Virus record (IMG/VR): IMGVR_UViG_3300009071_002060
Location: 1 to 64,000 of that record
Source: an uncultured virus (IMG/VR IMGVR_UViG_3300009071_002060)
Lineage: Duplodnaviria > Heunggongvirae > Uroviricota > Caudoviricetes
Reading direction: 5' to 3' (one strand)
Length of the DNA stretch: 64,000 nucleotides
Shown one piece after another: positions 18,378 through 28,119 of this stretch (position 1 is the stretch's first letter; every line of letters begins with the position of its first letter). The notes below the pieces were generated by a model. That model did no database searches and was not told the DNA's origin. It saw nothing but the letters and a program-made list of their open reading frames with translations. The translations under genes and the position numbers were made by a program.

Positions 18378-19199
18378 ATGAAATTAAACTTATCCCGCAT
18401 TGAAGAACGAACAGAACTACTTGAAAATCACTTACTTTTCCAAGGCGACTGTCTAAAAACATTAGACCAATTACATATCTTTATGGAACACCATGTATAT
18501 GCTGTATGGGATTTCATGAGTCTTATTAAATCATTACAAATGCATATATGCCCAAGCACTGAGTGCTGGGTTCCTACAAAATGGGCACGTGCCGGATTAG
18601 CACGTATAATCAACGAAATTGTACTAGGTGAAGAAAGCGATATAGACATCGGTGGTGAAAGTAGTATTACACATCATGATTTATATGCACAAGCAATGTT
18701 AGAAGTGGGTTCAAACGGGAGACCATTTGAAGAATTCATTGAACGTGTACGCAATTTAGGATTTAATGACGCAATGGAAAATGCTCATGTTCCTCCAGCA
18801 AGTGCAAGTTTTATGAAGACAACATTTGGATTTATTGACACAAGAAAACCACATGTTATTGCCGGTGCATTTGCATTCGGCAGGGAAAAACTAATACCTA
18901 CTATGTTCAGTAGTTTGTTAAGACAAATGAAGTTTACAGAACATGATGCTCCAAAGTTCCATTACTATTTAGAGAGGCATATTGAGCTAGATGGCGACGA
19001 ACATGGCCCTGCGGCAGTGCATCTAGTAGAAACCTTATGTGATAATGATCCAGTAAAAATACACGAAGCAGAAACATCAGCACTTGACGCCCTTGATGCT
19101 CGTATACGTTTATGGGATGCCGTGTATAGTATTATCAACGACCCTGATGAAAAATTTCTATATAGTGAGTTATTTTTAGCAGAAGGTATAGCCCCATAA
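18378..19199 (+). CDS. DUF3050 / heme-oxygenase-like diiron protein
   Basis: FMEHHVYAVWDFMSLIKSLQ, INEIVLGEESD, FGRE, YYLERHIELDGDEHGP. Confidence 0.8.
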   Translation: MKLNLSRIEERTELLENHLLFQGDCLKTLDQLHIFMEHHVYAVWDFMSLIKSLQMHICPSTECWVPTKWARAGLARIINEIVLGEESDIDIGGESSITHHDLYAQAMLEVGSNGRPFEEFIERVRNLGFNDAMENAHVPPASASFMKTTFGFIDTRKPHVIAGAFAFGREKLIPTMFSSLLRQMKFTEHDAPKFHYYLERHIELDGDEHGPAAVHLVETLCDNDPVKIHEAETSALDALDARIRLWDAVYSIINDPDEKFLYSELFLAEGIAP

Positions 19200-19200
19200 T

Positions 19201-20679
19201 ATGTCCGAAATCGTTTTATTAACAGGACTCGCAGTAACTGGTAGATTATATAGATCTATGGGCGGAGCTCAATTGGCTTGGTGGTTACGGCAATCTAACT
19301 ATGATGTACAAGTAATTGATTTTTTCTGTCAGATGAGCGACGAGGATTTACTTAAACTATACGCAAAGTTTATTACTAAAAGAACAAGAATAGTGGGCTT
19401 TGGAATCATGGGAACATACAATCCTATGATGGGACAACTAGTAAGATTTGTTGAAGAAATGATGCCCACACTTCGCAAGAAATTTCCACATGTTATATTT
19501 GTATGTGGCGGTGCTTGTGCCCAACTTGCAAGTAAACGTTACACACAAGGATCAGGTTTTGATTATTACTATTATGGATATGCAGAAAATACTTTTCTAA
19601 GTTTATGTAATCAAGTTTTTAGAAAAGGTTCTCAGGTTGATGTAGAAAGAAAACTTGGTAATAGGATTATTAGGGAATCAACTATATGCCCCTTAGATGA
19701 ATCATCGTTATTTACAATTAAAAGAGACGGGCATAGATGGCACGATAAAGATTGTATTATGCCTAACGAAAGTTTACCAATTGAAATAGGAAGAGGTTGT
19801 ATTTTTAAATGTAAATTTTGTGCATTTCCACATGTTGGTAAAAAGAAAGGTGAGTATACAAGAACGTTACAACACCTAGAAGAAGAAATACTTAATAATT
19901 ATTATAAGTTTGGTTCAACAAAATACTATTTGCTTGATGATACATTCAATGATGATGTTGATAAAATTAAAGATTTTAGCGACATGGTACAACGTTTACC
20001 TTTTAAAATTCATATAGCAGGTTTTTGTAGAGCTGATTTACTTTGGGCTAATCCTGATACTCCACACTTACTTGAAGAAGCAGGAATGATTGGAACTTAC
20101 TTTGGTATTGAAAGTTTTAACCAGTGTGCTTCAAAGTTTGTTGGTAAACCTTGGAGTTTCCAACATGCCCAAGACTACCTTATTAAGTTACGTCATGAGA
20201 TATGGAAAGAACGTATAAGTTTTCGTACAAGTATGATTATTGGATTGCCTGGTGACGATCGCAAAGATTATATTAAATGGCACAGATGGTTTGTAGAAAA
20301 TGAAATTCCAAACTGGAGTTGGCATCCTCTACATCTTGAACGTGATCTACGAGCCCAAAATAATAGTACTATTGACAAGGATGCTGAAAAACACGGATAC
20401 ACTTGGATAACTGAAAATAGTAAAGTTATGTGGAAGCACAAAGAGTCTGGTATGACATGGCGTGATGCAATGGAAATGTATACTGAATTTGAAGCACTTA
20501 AAGCACCATATCAAGTTAAACATTGCTGGGGAGCAATAGAAGAATTTAATTACCTACCACCAGATGCTGATCCTCAGGATCATAACTTTGTTAAAGTACG
20601 AACCCAGCATAACAAACAGTTAAATGAAGATCGCAAAACCTTCTTAAATGGTTATATTCGAAAGTTACTTGCCCTATAA
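19201..20679 (+). CDS. B12-binding-domain radical SAM protein
   Basis: EIGRGCIFKCKFC (CxxxCxxC), DDTFN, GIES, IIGLPG; N-terminal cobalamin-binding-like domain. Confidence 0.85.
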   Translation: MSEIVLLTGLAVTGRLYRSMGGAQLAWWLRQSNYDVQVIDFFCQMSDEDLLKLYAKFITKRTRIVGFGIMGTYNPMMGQLVRFVEEMMPTLRKKFPHVIFVCGGACAQLASKRYTQGSGFDYYYYGYAENTFLSLCNQVFRKGSQVDVERKLGNRIIRESTICPLDESSLFTIKRDGHRWHDKDCIMPNESLPIEIGRGCIFKCKFCAFPHVGKKKGEYTRTLQHLEEEILNNYYKFGSTKYYLLDDTFNDDVDKIKDFSDMVQRLPFKIHIAGFCRADLLWANPDTPHLLEEAGMIGTYFGIESFNQCASKFVGKPWSFQHAQDYLIKLRHEIWKERISFRTSMIIGLPGDDRKDYIKWHRWFVENEIPNWSWHPLHLERDLRAQNNSTIDKDAEKHGYTWITENSKVMWKHKESGMTWRDAMEMYTEFEALKAPYQVKHCWGAIEEFNYLPPDADPQDHNFVKVRTQHNKQLNEDRKTFLNGYIRKLLAL

Positions 20680-20684
20680 ATGTC

Positions 20685-20713
20685 TTGACAAGACTTTAAT
20701 ATTTTGCTATAGT
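20685..20713 (+). promoter_or_regulatory. sigma70 promoter, probably leaderless transcript
   Basis: TTGACA-17 nt-TATAGT, ATG 7 nt downstream. Confidence 0.65.
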
Positions 20714-20720
20714 ATATAAA

Positions 20721-21728
20721 ATGTGGACTGAAGTACAAAATACACTAACTGGTGTTCTGCCGAGCAAGAAGAAAACGGCTAGTTCTGGCTGGATTAGCTT
20801 TAATGCTCCGTGTTGTGTACACAATGGAGAAACACCTGACACAAGAGGTCGCGGCGGCGTAATATTTAACGGACAAGGTACAGTTAATTATCATTGTTTT
20901 AACTGTAGTTTTAAAGCCAACTATACACCTGGACGTCTACTTAACTACAAATTTAAAAAGTTATTGGGCTGGCTTGGAGCCAATGATACAGTCATTAATA
21001 GACTGGTTATTGAAGCGATGCGAGTCAAGGATTTAATTGAACCAGAAGATATTGAAGAACCGCACACTGAAGAAATTAATATTAATGCAAGAAGTTTGCC
21101 CAACAATCTTATTAACTTAAAAGAAGCAATAGCATTAGGTGAACAACTTCCTGATGAGCTAGGAAAGGCTGTAGATTATGTCAACCGCAGAGGCGTTAAT
21201 CTTAACAAGTATACTATCCACTGGACTAGTGATACTCATAACAATATGCATAGGCGAGTTGTTATTCCTATTACGTGGAAAAAGAAAGTAATGGGTTATA
21301 CTGCAAGATCGTTTGACGATGTTGTTAAACCCAAGTATCATAATAACTATGAATCAAAGTTGGTTTATAACTTAGATAACCAACACTACGATAATGAAAT
21401 TGCAATAGTATGTGAAGGTCCATTTGATGCACTTGCAATTGATGGTATTGCTACTCTTGGTAGTGAGATCAATAATATTCAAGCACAGCTCATTGAGAAC
21501 CTAGATAAACATATTATAGTTGTTGCTGATACTGATGTGTCAGGCGACGGATTAATTAAGGCCGCACTGAAAAACGGTTGGTCAGTTAGTTTTCCAGTTT
21601 GGCAGAAAGATTACAAAGATGTGTCAGAAGCAGTTGAACATCTTGGAAAACTATTTGTAATGAAAAGCATTATAGACGGTGTTGAGACAAACCCGTTGAA
21701 AATCAAACTTAGGAGAAAGATCAAATGA
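20721..21728 (+). CDS. DNA primase (zinc finger + TOPRIM)
   Basis: PCC...YHCFNC zinc finger, GYTAR, KY, CEGPFDA and DTD TOPRIM motifs. Confidence 0.88.
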   Translation: MWTEVQNTLTGVLPSKKKTASSGWISFNAPCCVHNGETPDTRGRGGVIFNGQGTVNYHCFNCSFKANYTPGRLLNYKFKKLLGWLGANDTVINRLVIEAMRVKDLIEPEDIEEPHTEEININARSLPNNLINLKEAIALGEQLPDELGKAVDYVNRRGVNLNKYTIHWTSDTHNNMHRRVVIPITWKKKVMGYTARSFDDVVKPKYHNNYESKLVYNLDNQHYDNEIAIVCEGPFDALAIDGIATLGSEINNIQAQLIENLDKHIIVVADTDVSGDGLIKAALKNGWSVSFPVWQKDYKDVSEAVEHLGKLFVMKSIIDGVETNPLKIKLRRKIK

Positions 21729-22393
21729 AGTATAAGAAAATCCATTGTCATGGTAGTACTTTTACATGTGGGAAAGGTCTCAGCGATCAGAATAAAGAAA
21801 ATTATGCACAATTGATGTATAACGCAACAGGAATACAATGTATCAATCAAGGCTTTAATCAGAGCAGTAATGAAGATACTTTTCTTCGTGCTAGTGTTAG
21901 CATATTAGATGCTGATGCAGATCTTATTATTGTTGAATGGTGTGCTCCAGGTAACCAACGTTATTATCCAAATCATGTTACAGTAAAAACTATGGAAGTG
22001 CATGAACACGATACATTGTATAATCAATATTATAAGCTGAGTCAGTTCTTGCCGTTGTTAGACAGCATGGCTTTTCAAATGCGTAAAAAGATTCTACATT
22101 TTACAAGCAACTTGTTTATTGATGAGGAGTTTTTAAAAATTCCTCTACCTCCTCTTAACAAAGAAGATATTACACATATTGGTGGCAAAACACGTCAAGC
22201 AATTCAAGTTAATCCCAGTAAACCGGATATTACTGCTGAACGTGCTTCGTTAAATAGTATACGTACATTGTTGCTAACTATTCGACGTACAGATTGGATA
22301 AACTTAACTGATAACGTTGAAAGTAAATGGGGAGACCTAAGTCTCGACGATCAGCATAAGAAAGTGTCAGAGATGTGCTTGGCCGCAATTTAA
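21725..22393 (+). CDS. hypothetical, SGNH-like
   Basis: GSTFTCG N-terminal block, SSN, DLIIVEW. Confidence 0.55.
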   Translation: MKYKKIHCHGSTFTCGKGLSDQNKENYAQLMYNATGIQCINQGFNQSSNEDTFLRASVSILDADADLIIVEWCAPGNQRYYPNHVTVKTMEVHEHDTLYNQYYKLSQFLPLLDSMAFQMRKKILHFTSNLFIDEEFLKIPLPPLNKEDITHIGGKTRQAIQVNPSKPDITAERASLNSIRTLLLTIRRTDWINLTDNVESKWGDLSLDDQHKKVSEMCLAAI

Positions 22394-22402
22394 GGAGAGC
22401 AA

Positions 22403-23296
22403 ATGAATCAATTTTGGATAACAGGTAATCCCGGAAGCGGTTATCATTTGATAGAAGCACTAATAAGGTTTTGCAGTGGATTAGACTTTGATAAAAATCT
22501 ACAACCGCTGGAGCCTTTGCACTGTTTTCATAGACATCATCAGACGCAATCATTGATACCTACAATGGAACTGCAAGATAATCGCTCAACATTGCAACAG
22601 TTAGTCCAACCAATTGACAATAATAATCCAAGGGTAGTTACAGTAACAGCACCAATGGCTGAAACTGGAATTGACGCTGTCTTCAATATAGTAAAAGATA
22701 GAGGTCATTTTATTTTTTTAAATGCACAAGATCCTGTTTTTGGAATTGTGTTTTCGCAGACGTCCAGTAATGATCCACGTAAAAATGCTATATCGTTTAT
22801 GCCTAACAATAATGTTAAGCAATGGAACAGTGAAGCTGAAGTTTTTACAGACCTTGAAAGATGGGAACAACGTGAATATCTAAGTTCGTTTATTGAACAC
22901 TATTGGACAGAACTAGAAAGCCAACGACAATTAGCAATGTCATATGGAGCCACTTGTTATTTTACTGAATCGTTTATGACAGATCCCGACAGAGTTTGTC
23001 GAGCAGTGTTTGAAAAGTTTGAAATACCAATAGCCGACGAACAAACGTTTGATATTCTAATAGAGCTGTGGAAACATCATTGCACACAAACAATATCCGA
23101 TTACCAAAGTATTAATTCTTGGAAACATGCTTTGGTAAATGAATCTGAATATGATTCCCAAATACCATTGCGTTCTTTAGTATATGAAGCTATAATACAA
23201 AGACATATCAGAACTGAACTTAATACTGAACTCAGGTGTGCTGGGCTAAACACATGGCCTACTACTGTCAGAGAACTAAAGGAATACTATGACTGA
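22403..23296 (+). CDS. hypothetical, sulfotransferase/P-loop-like
   Basis: N-terminal ITGNPGSGYHL; AAGGAG SD. Confidence 0.55.
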   Translation: MNQFWITGNPGSGYHLIEALIRFCSGLDFDKNLQPLEPLHCFHRHHQTQSLIPTMELQDNRSTLQQLVQPIDNNNPRVVTVTAPMAETGIDAVFNIVKDRGHFIFLNAQDPVFGIVFSQTSSNDPRKNAISFMPNNNVKQWNSEAEVFTDLERWEQREYLSSFIEHYWTELESQRQLAMSYGATCYFTESFMTDPDRVCRAVFEKFEIPIADEQTFDILIELWKHHCTQTISDYQSINSWKHALVNESEYDSQIPLRSLVYEAIIQRHIRTELNTELRCAGLNTWPTTVRELKEYYD

Positions 23297-24671
23297 TTAT
23301 ACACCAGACTTACAAAAATTATTCTTAGAAATGTTGATGGACGACGCACAAAGTTTTGTTCGTGTTGCAAACATTTATAATCCTGACAACTTTGATCAAG
23401 GATTAAGACCAACTGCTGAGTTCCTTAAAGACCATAGTGAAAAGTATAAAGTTCTTCCAACGCACGATCAAGTAAAAGCACAAACTGGTGTAGATCTAAA
23501 ACCACACACAGACTTATCTGAAGACCATTATGATTGGTTTATGGCTGAGTTTGAAGCATTTACAAGACGTGGTGAATTAGAAAGAGCAATTCTTAAGAGT
23601 GCCGACTTATTAGAAAAAGGCGAATATGATCCAGTTGAGAAACTGATCAAAGATGCAGTGCAAATAAGTCTTACAAAAGATATGGGTACTGATTATTTTG
23701 CAGATCCACGTGGTAGATTGATGGCTGTTAAGAGCAACAACGGTCAGGTAAGTACAGGCTGGGAAACACTTGATAAAAAACTATTTGGTGGAATGAATAG
23801 AGGCGAGTTGAATATCTTTGCAGGTGGCAGTGGATCTGGTAAAAGTTTGTTTATGCAAAACATAAGTCTAAATTGGATCACACAAGGTGTTAACGGAGTG
23901 TACATTACACTAGAACTTAGTGAAGAGCTTTGTGCAATGAGAATGGATGCAATGACAGCAAATATTGCAACCAGCCAAATATTTAAAGATCTTGACACAC
24001 TTGAAATGAAGATTAAGATGGCAGGAAAGAAAAGCGGAAAATTCCGTATTAAGTATATGCCAGCACAAAGCAATGTTAATCAGATTAGAAGTTATCTTAA
24101 AGAACTTCAAGTACAGACTGGCATGAAAGTTGATTTTGTAATGATTGACTATCTTGATCTTGTTATGCCAGTTAGTGCAAAAGTAAGTCCAAATGATTTG
24201 TTTATTAAAGACAAGTATGTAAGTGAAGAACTACGTAATTTATCAAAAGAACTAAACGTATTAATGATTACTGCATCACAGTTGAACAGAAGTGCAGTTG
24301 AAGAAATAGAATTTGATCATTCGCATATTGCTGGTGGATTGAGTAAAATTAATACTGCTGATAATGTTTTTGGTATTTTTACAAGTCGTGCAATGCGTGA
24401 ACGTGGTAGATATCAAATACAGTTAATGAAAACAAGAAGCAGTAGTGGTGTTGGTCAAAAGGTAGACTTAGAATTTAATCTAGAAAGTTTACGTATTACA
24501 GATCCCGGTGAAGAAGGACAAGATAGAGGTCCAGTTGAAGCAAGTAGTGATATACTTGGAAAGATTAAAACTTCTAGTGTAACTGACAAACCTAACTTGG
24601 ATACAGCCAAAGTTGGTGCAAGTGTAGACGGTAGCAAGTTAAAGAACATGCTGGCTGGTTTAAAATCATGA
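23289..24671 (+). CDS. replicative helicase (T4 gp41/DnaB family)
   Basis: GGSGSGKS, ITLELSE, IDYLDL, TASQLNR, KTR. Confidence 0.92.
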   Translation: MTDYTPDLQKLFLEMLMDDAQSFVRVANIYNPDNFDQGLRPTAEFLKDHSEKYKVLPTHDQVKAQTGVDLKPHTDLSEDHYDWFMAEFEAFTRRGELERAILKSADLLEKGEYDPVEKLIKDAVQISLTKDMGTDYFADPRGRLMAVKSNNGQVSTGWETLDKKLFGGMNRGELNIFAGGSGSGKSLFMQNISLNWITQGVNGVYITLELSEELCAMRMDAMTANIATSQIFKDLDTLEMKIKMAGKKSGKFRIKYMPAQSNVNQIRSYLKELQVQTGMKVDFVMIDYLDLVMPVSAKVSPNDLFIKDKYVSEELRNLSKELNVLMITASQLNRSAVEEIEFDHSHIAGGLSKINTADNVFGIFTSRAMRERGRYQIQLMKTRSSSGVGQKVDLEFNLESLRITDPGEEGQDRGPVEASSDILGKIKTSSVTDKPNLDTAKVGASVDGSKLKNMLAGLKS

Positions 24672-25702
24672 TCACGTATGAAGATATACGTGAAATACAT
24701 CTTGAACTAACTACACTATGCAATGCAAAATGCCCACAATGTCCACGCAACTTTAATGGATTCACCTTTAACGACGGATATCCTGAAACTTATATGACGC
24801 TGGATCAAGCCAAGCATATATTTAATCCTACTTTTCTCAAGCAACTTACACAATTTACAATCAATGGTAACTATGGAGACATGGTAATGAATCCAGATTC
24901 TGTTGACATTGTTGAGTACCTTAGAGAAACAAACTCAGATGTAGAAATTATTATCAGTACCAATGGAGGTGCTAGAAACAAAGAGTTTTGGCAAAGACTT
25001 GCTAAAGCAAATACAAAAGTATACTTTGATCTTGACGGTATTGATGAAGTACACAGTTTATACAGACAAAATACTCGATATCAAACAGTTATTAAGAATG
25101 CATTAACATATATTGGTGCAGGCGGCCATGCTATATGGAAATGTATTAAATTCAAACACAATGTACATCAAATTGAAGAAATGCGCCAATTGAGTGTTGA
25201 TTTTGGTTTTAAAACATTTGAACTGATTGAGCATGGACGAGATACAGGTCCAGTGTTTAACGACAACAAAGAACTAACACACATACTAGGAGATTACAAC
25301 GGTACAACAGACTTTGAAACTATGTTTGTTGATGAACGTTCTGAATCTCGTACTGTAGATAATACAGCCTGGCGGTTTGATCCAACAGTTGACGATATTC
25401 AACTTGGGTGTGATACATTACAGAACAACAGGATTTATATTGCGGCCAATGGCGATGTTGCTCCTTGTTGTTATACTGGTTTCTTTCCAAATACATATGG
25501 TAAAAAAACATATATGGAACCATTAAATGCCCAGTTAACTGAGTTAATGTCAGAATATAATGCACTTGAACATGATATAGAAACATGTATCAAATGGTTT
25601 AATGGTTTTACAGACCTATGGAAGAAGAAAAGTTATAAGGATGGGCGTTTATTGGTCTGTGATGAGAACTGTGGGAGCACCAATTGTTCTCAAAAACAAT
25701 AA
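24668..25702 (+). CDS. radical SAM protein with a SPASM/twitch-like C-terminus
   Basis: CNAKCPQC, GNYGD, STNGG, YIAANGDVAPCC. Confidence 0.85.
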   Translation: MITYEDIREIHLELTTLCNAKCPQCPRNFNGFTFNDGYPETYMTLDQAKHIFNPTFLKQLTQFTINGNYGDMVMNPDSVDIVEYLRETNSDVEIIISTNGGARNKEFWQRLAKANTKVYFDLDGIDEVHSLYRQNTRYQTVIKNALTYIGAGGHAIWKCIKFKHNVHQIEEMRQLSVDFGFKTFELIEHGRDTGPVFNDNKELTHILGDYNGTTDFETMFVDERSESRTVDNTAWRFDPTVDDIQLGCDTLQNNRIYIAANGDVAPCCYTGFFPNTYGKKTYMEPLNAQLTELMSEYNALEHDIETCIKWFNGFTDLWKKKSYKDGRLLVCDENCGSTNCSQKQ

Positions 25703-25762
25703 CAAAATAATCTAAAGACAATAAATACAAACAACTACAACTATTTTAAATGAGGTATTCCC

Positions 25763-26014
25763 TTGCAAAAGAAAACACGTAGTATCTTGGATGAGCTGTC
25801 TGAAATTAGATTAACGAAATCTGTAACAGACAAAGGCAATATTGTTGAGAGTAGAGGATTGAATGTAATTAATAGTTGCATCAATCTTATCAACAATATC
25901 CGTGAGAATTATGACCCTGATGTCGCCCTAGATTTAGAGCGTCGCCTGTTGAATAGTATAAAAGCCCAAGATACCGCCAAGTTCAGCAGAGGAATAAAAA
26001 GGGCAAAAAAATGA
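25763..26014 (+). CDS. hypothetical late protein
   Basis: 83 aa, TTG start with GAGGT SD; TAAATA at 25722. Confidence 0.7.
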   Translation: MQKKTRSILDELSEIRLTKSVTDKGNIVESRGLNVINSCINLINNIRENYDPDVALDLERRLLNSIKAQDTAKFSRGIKRAKK

Positions 26015-26985
26015 ATTTAGACCATATTCTAAATAAAGAACAGCTTGATGAAGAGCGAAGAAGATTAGATCCTAAATGTTGGAAAGGCTATAAAAAGCAA
26101 GGAACCAAAATGAAAGGTGACACAAGAGTTAATAATTGTGTTCCAGAGTCAGTTACAACCGAATCTAAAAAAGACACACACTGTTCAGACAAGTGCTGTG
26201 GTGCAGACGTTAAAAGAGAAGACTGTAAATGTCCTGCAGATTGTCCACATTGCAACTGTAACGATCCTAAAGTTGCAGAAGGCAAAAGCCCACACAAAAA
26301 AGGTACTAAAAAGTACAAGAAGCATATGGCGGCAATGCATGCCGGAATGGGCGAATCAGTAAGTGAAGATGATACTGACTACCCACAAGTAGTAAATAGA
26401 AATATTGACCAAAAGAATGTTATGGACATTCTTCGCAAGTTTCCAGCAGAAACTAAAAAGATGCAAATGGATGGCGATGTATTTGCAATTTATGATACAG
26501 ATTTATATATGGCCCTGTTTGATTACTTTTCAGAAGATATGCCATATGGTACACAAAAAGGTAGAGACGGGGATCCAGTAGAGTGGATCAATGACGAACT
26601 TGATAGCCTAGGACTACTAGACGAAATAGTTGAAAACAATGAACTTACGTTTGAAGATGATGACAAGTTCTTTGAAACATTTGGCGAACTAGGATATAGC
26701 ATAGACGAAAATGATTTATTTGAAGCAGAGTATCAAGGACGTAAAGTTAAACTTAACAAGCCTATGCAAGGTGATGTTAAGAAGTTTAAGGTATATGTAA
26801 AAGATCCTAAAACAGGTAACGTAAAAAAGGTTAACTTTGGACATGGCGGAAGTAGTGTTAAAGGTAAAGCAATGAAGATTAGAAAGAATAATCCTAAAGC
26901 TCGTAAGAGTTTTCGTGCTAGACACAACTGTGACAATCCAGGACCGAAAACCAAGGCCAGATATTGGTCTTGTCGTAAATGGTAA
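26011..26985 (+). CDS. modular putative head-internal protein
   Basis: 324 aa mosaic of short basic, Cys-rich and acidic modules separated by Glu-ending linkers. Confidence 0.75.
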   Translation: MNLDHILNKEQLDEERRRLDPKCWKGYKKQGTKMKGDTRVNNCVPESVTTESKKDTHCSDKCCGADVKREDCKCPADCPHCNCNDPKVAEGKSPHKKGTKKYKKHMAAMHAGMGESVSEDDTDYPQVVNRNIDQKNVMDILRKFPAETKKMQMDGDVFAIYDTDLYMALFDYFSEDMPYGTQKGRDGDPVEWINDELDSLGLLDEIVENNELTFEDDDKFFETFGELGYSIDENDLFEAEYQGRKVKLNKPMQGDVKKFKVYVKDPKTGNVKKVNFGHGGSSVKGKAMKIRKNNPKARKSFRARHNCDNPGPKTKARYWSCRKW

Positions 26986-27006
26986 TATGAGAAGGCATGA
27001 CAAGCA

Positions 27007-28119
27007 ATGAAAATAAATGAAATTATATTAAAAGAACAACAGCTTGATGAGTTAAACCCGTTGACACCATCAACTACTGCGGCTGGTATTACTAATATAG
27101 CACGTGGAGCAAAAGGTGCAGTTAGTGCATTAGTCAAAGGACAAAGCCCAACAGCCGGTGCAAAAGCAGGTGTTGCCAAAGGTGAAGCTGGTGCAATGAT
27201 TAAAAAGTTAAGCGATCAAACATTTGCACGATGGAACGAAAAGATTCAAGCTAACGCAGACTTAAACACTGATACTGAGCTCGTTAAGTTTATTGCTCAA
27301 TTCCGTAAACACGCTAAAGATGATCCATGGCCAGGACCACAAAAAGGCACAGCCGCAAACGTTGGCAAGACTAGAGAATATATCAAGCAGATGGTTAGTA
27401 TTGAATTAGCCGCTGGTGAGTTTGGCAAAAAAGAATTAGCTGGTGACGATGCAGGAGGTGCTACTCCTCCTGCACCCAAGGATAATCCAGCAGTGCTTGA
27501 ACCAGGCGACAAAGGTACTAAAGAAGTTACCACTAAAGATCCAAAAGATATTCCAGTTGGAACACAATACACTATTAAACAAAGCGGCGGCGGCACAGCC
27601 ACGTATAAGTGGGAAGGTCAACAGTGGACTAAACTTATGCCTTCGGGCAAGTTCCAAGGCGGACAAATCAAAAACGATCTAGCATTTAAATTGTACTTGT
27701 CAGCAGTTGACCAAGGAACAGCATTAGCACCTGTTAGTGCTCAACCAGTTCCTGCACCAGCAGGATCAGAAAAGCCCGCGGCACCAGTTGATGCCAACAA
27801 AGACGGAAAAGATGATGCAACTGGAGAGCCAATGCCAGCACCAGTTGATGCCAACAAAGACGGAAAAGATGATGCAACTGGAGAGCCAATGCCAGTTGAT
27901 AAAGACGGCGACGGTAAACCAGATCCAAATGATATCAATGCACAAGTTGATGCTAACAAAGACGGACTTGACGATAAAACTGGAGAGCCAATGAAAACTG
28001 ACGGTGATGCTGAAGCAGGTGCCGCAGATCCTGCAGAAATAGATAGTATGAAAGCTGAAATTGGTAAAGCAAATAAATCAGCTCTACAAAAATTAAAGAC
28101 AGCATTAGGAATGAAGTAA
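27007..28119 (+). CDS. putative head-internal protein with DxNxDG repeats
   Basis: MKINEIILKEQQLDE N-terminus; repeated DANKDGKDD. Confidence 0.75.
   Translation: MKINEIILKEQQLDELNPLTPSTTAAGITNIARGAKGAVSALVKGQSPTAGAKAGVAKGEAGAMIKKLSDQTFARWNEKIQANADLNTDTELVKFIAQFRKHAKDDPWPGPQKGTAANVGKTREYIKQMVSIELAAGEFGKKELAGDDAGGATPPAPKDNPAVLEPGDKGTKEVTTKDPKDIPVGTQYTIKQSGGGTATYKWEGQQWTKLMPSGKFQGGQIKNDLAFKLYLSAVDQGTALAPVSAQPVPAPAGSEKPAAPVDANKDGKDDATGEPMPAPVDANKDGKDDATGEPMPVDKDGDGKPDPNDINAQVDANKDGLDDKTGEPMKTDGDAEAGAADPAEIDSMKAEIGKANKSALQKLKTALGMK
27781..27894 (+). repeat. perfect 57-bp tandem duplication (coding)
   Basis: GCACCAGTTGATGCCAACAAAGACGGAAAAGATGATGCAACTGGAGAGCCAATGCCA x2. Confidence 0.95.

Noticed and set aside
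27781..27995. Direct repeats as a CRISPR array
   Set aside because: Units are adjacent, in frame and coding, with no unique spacers
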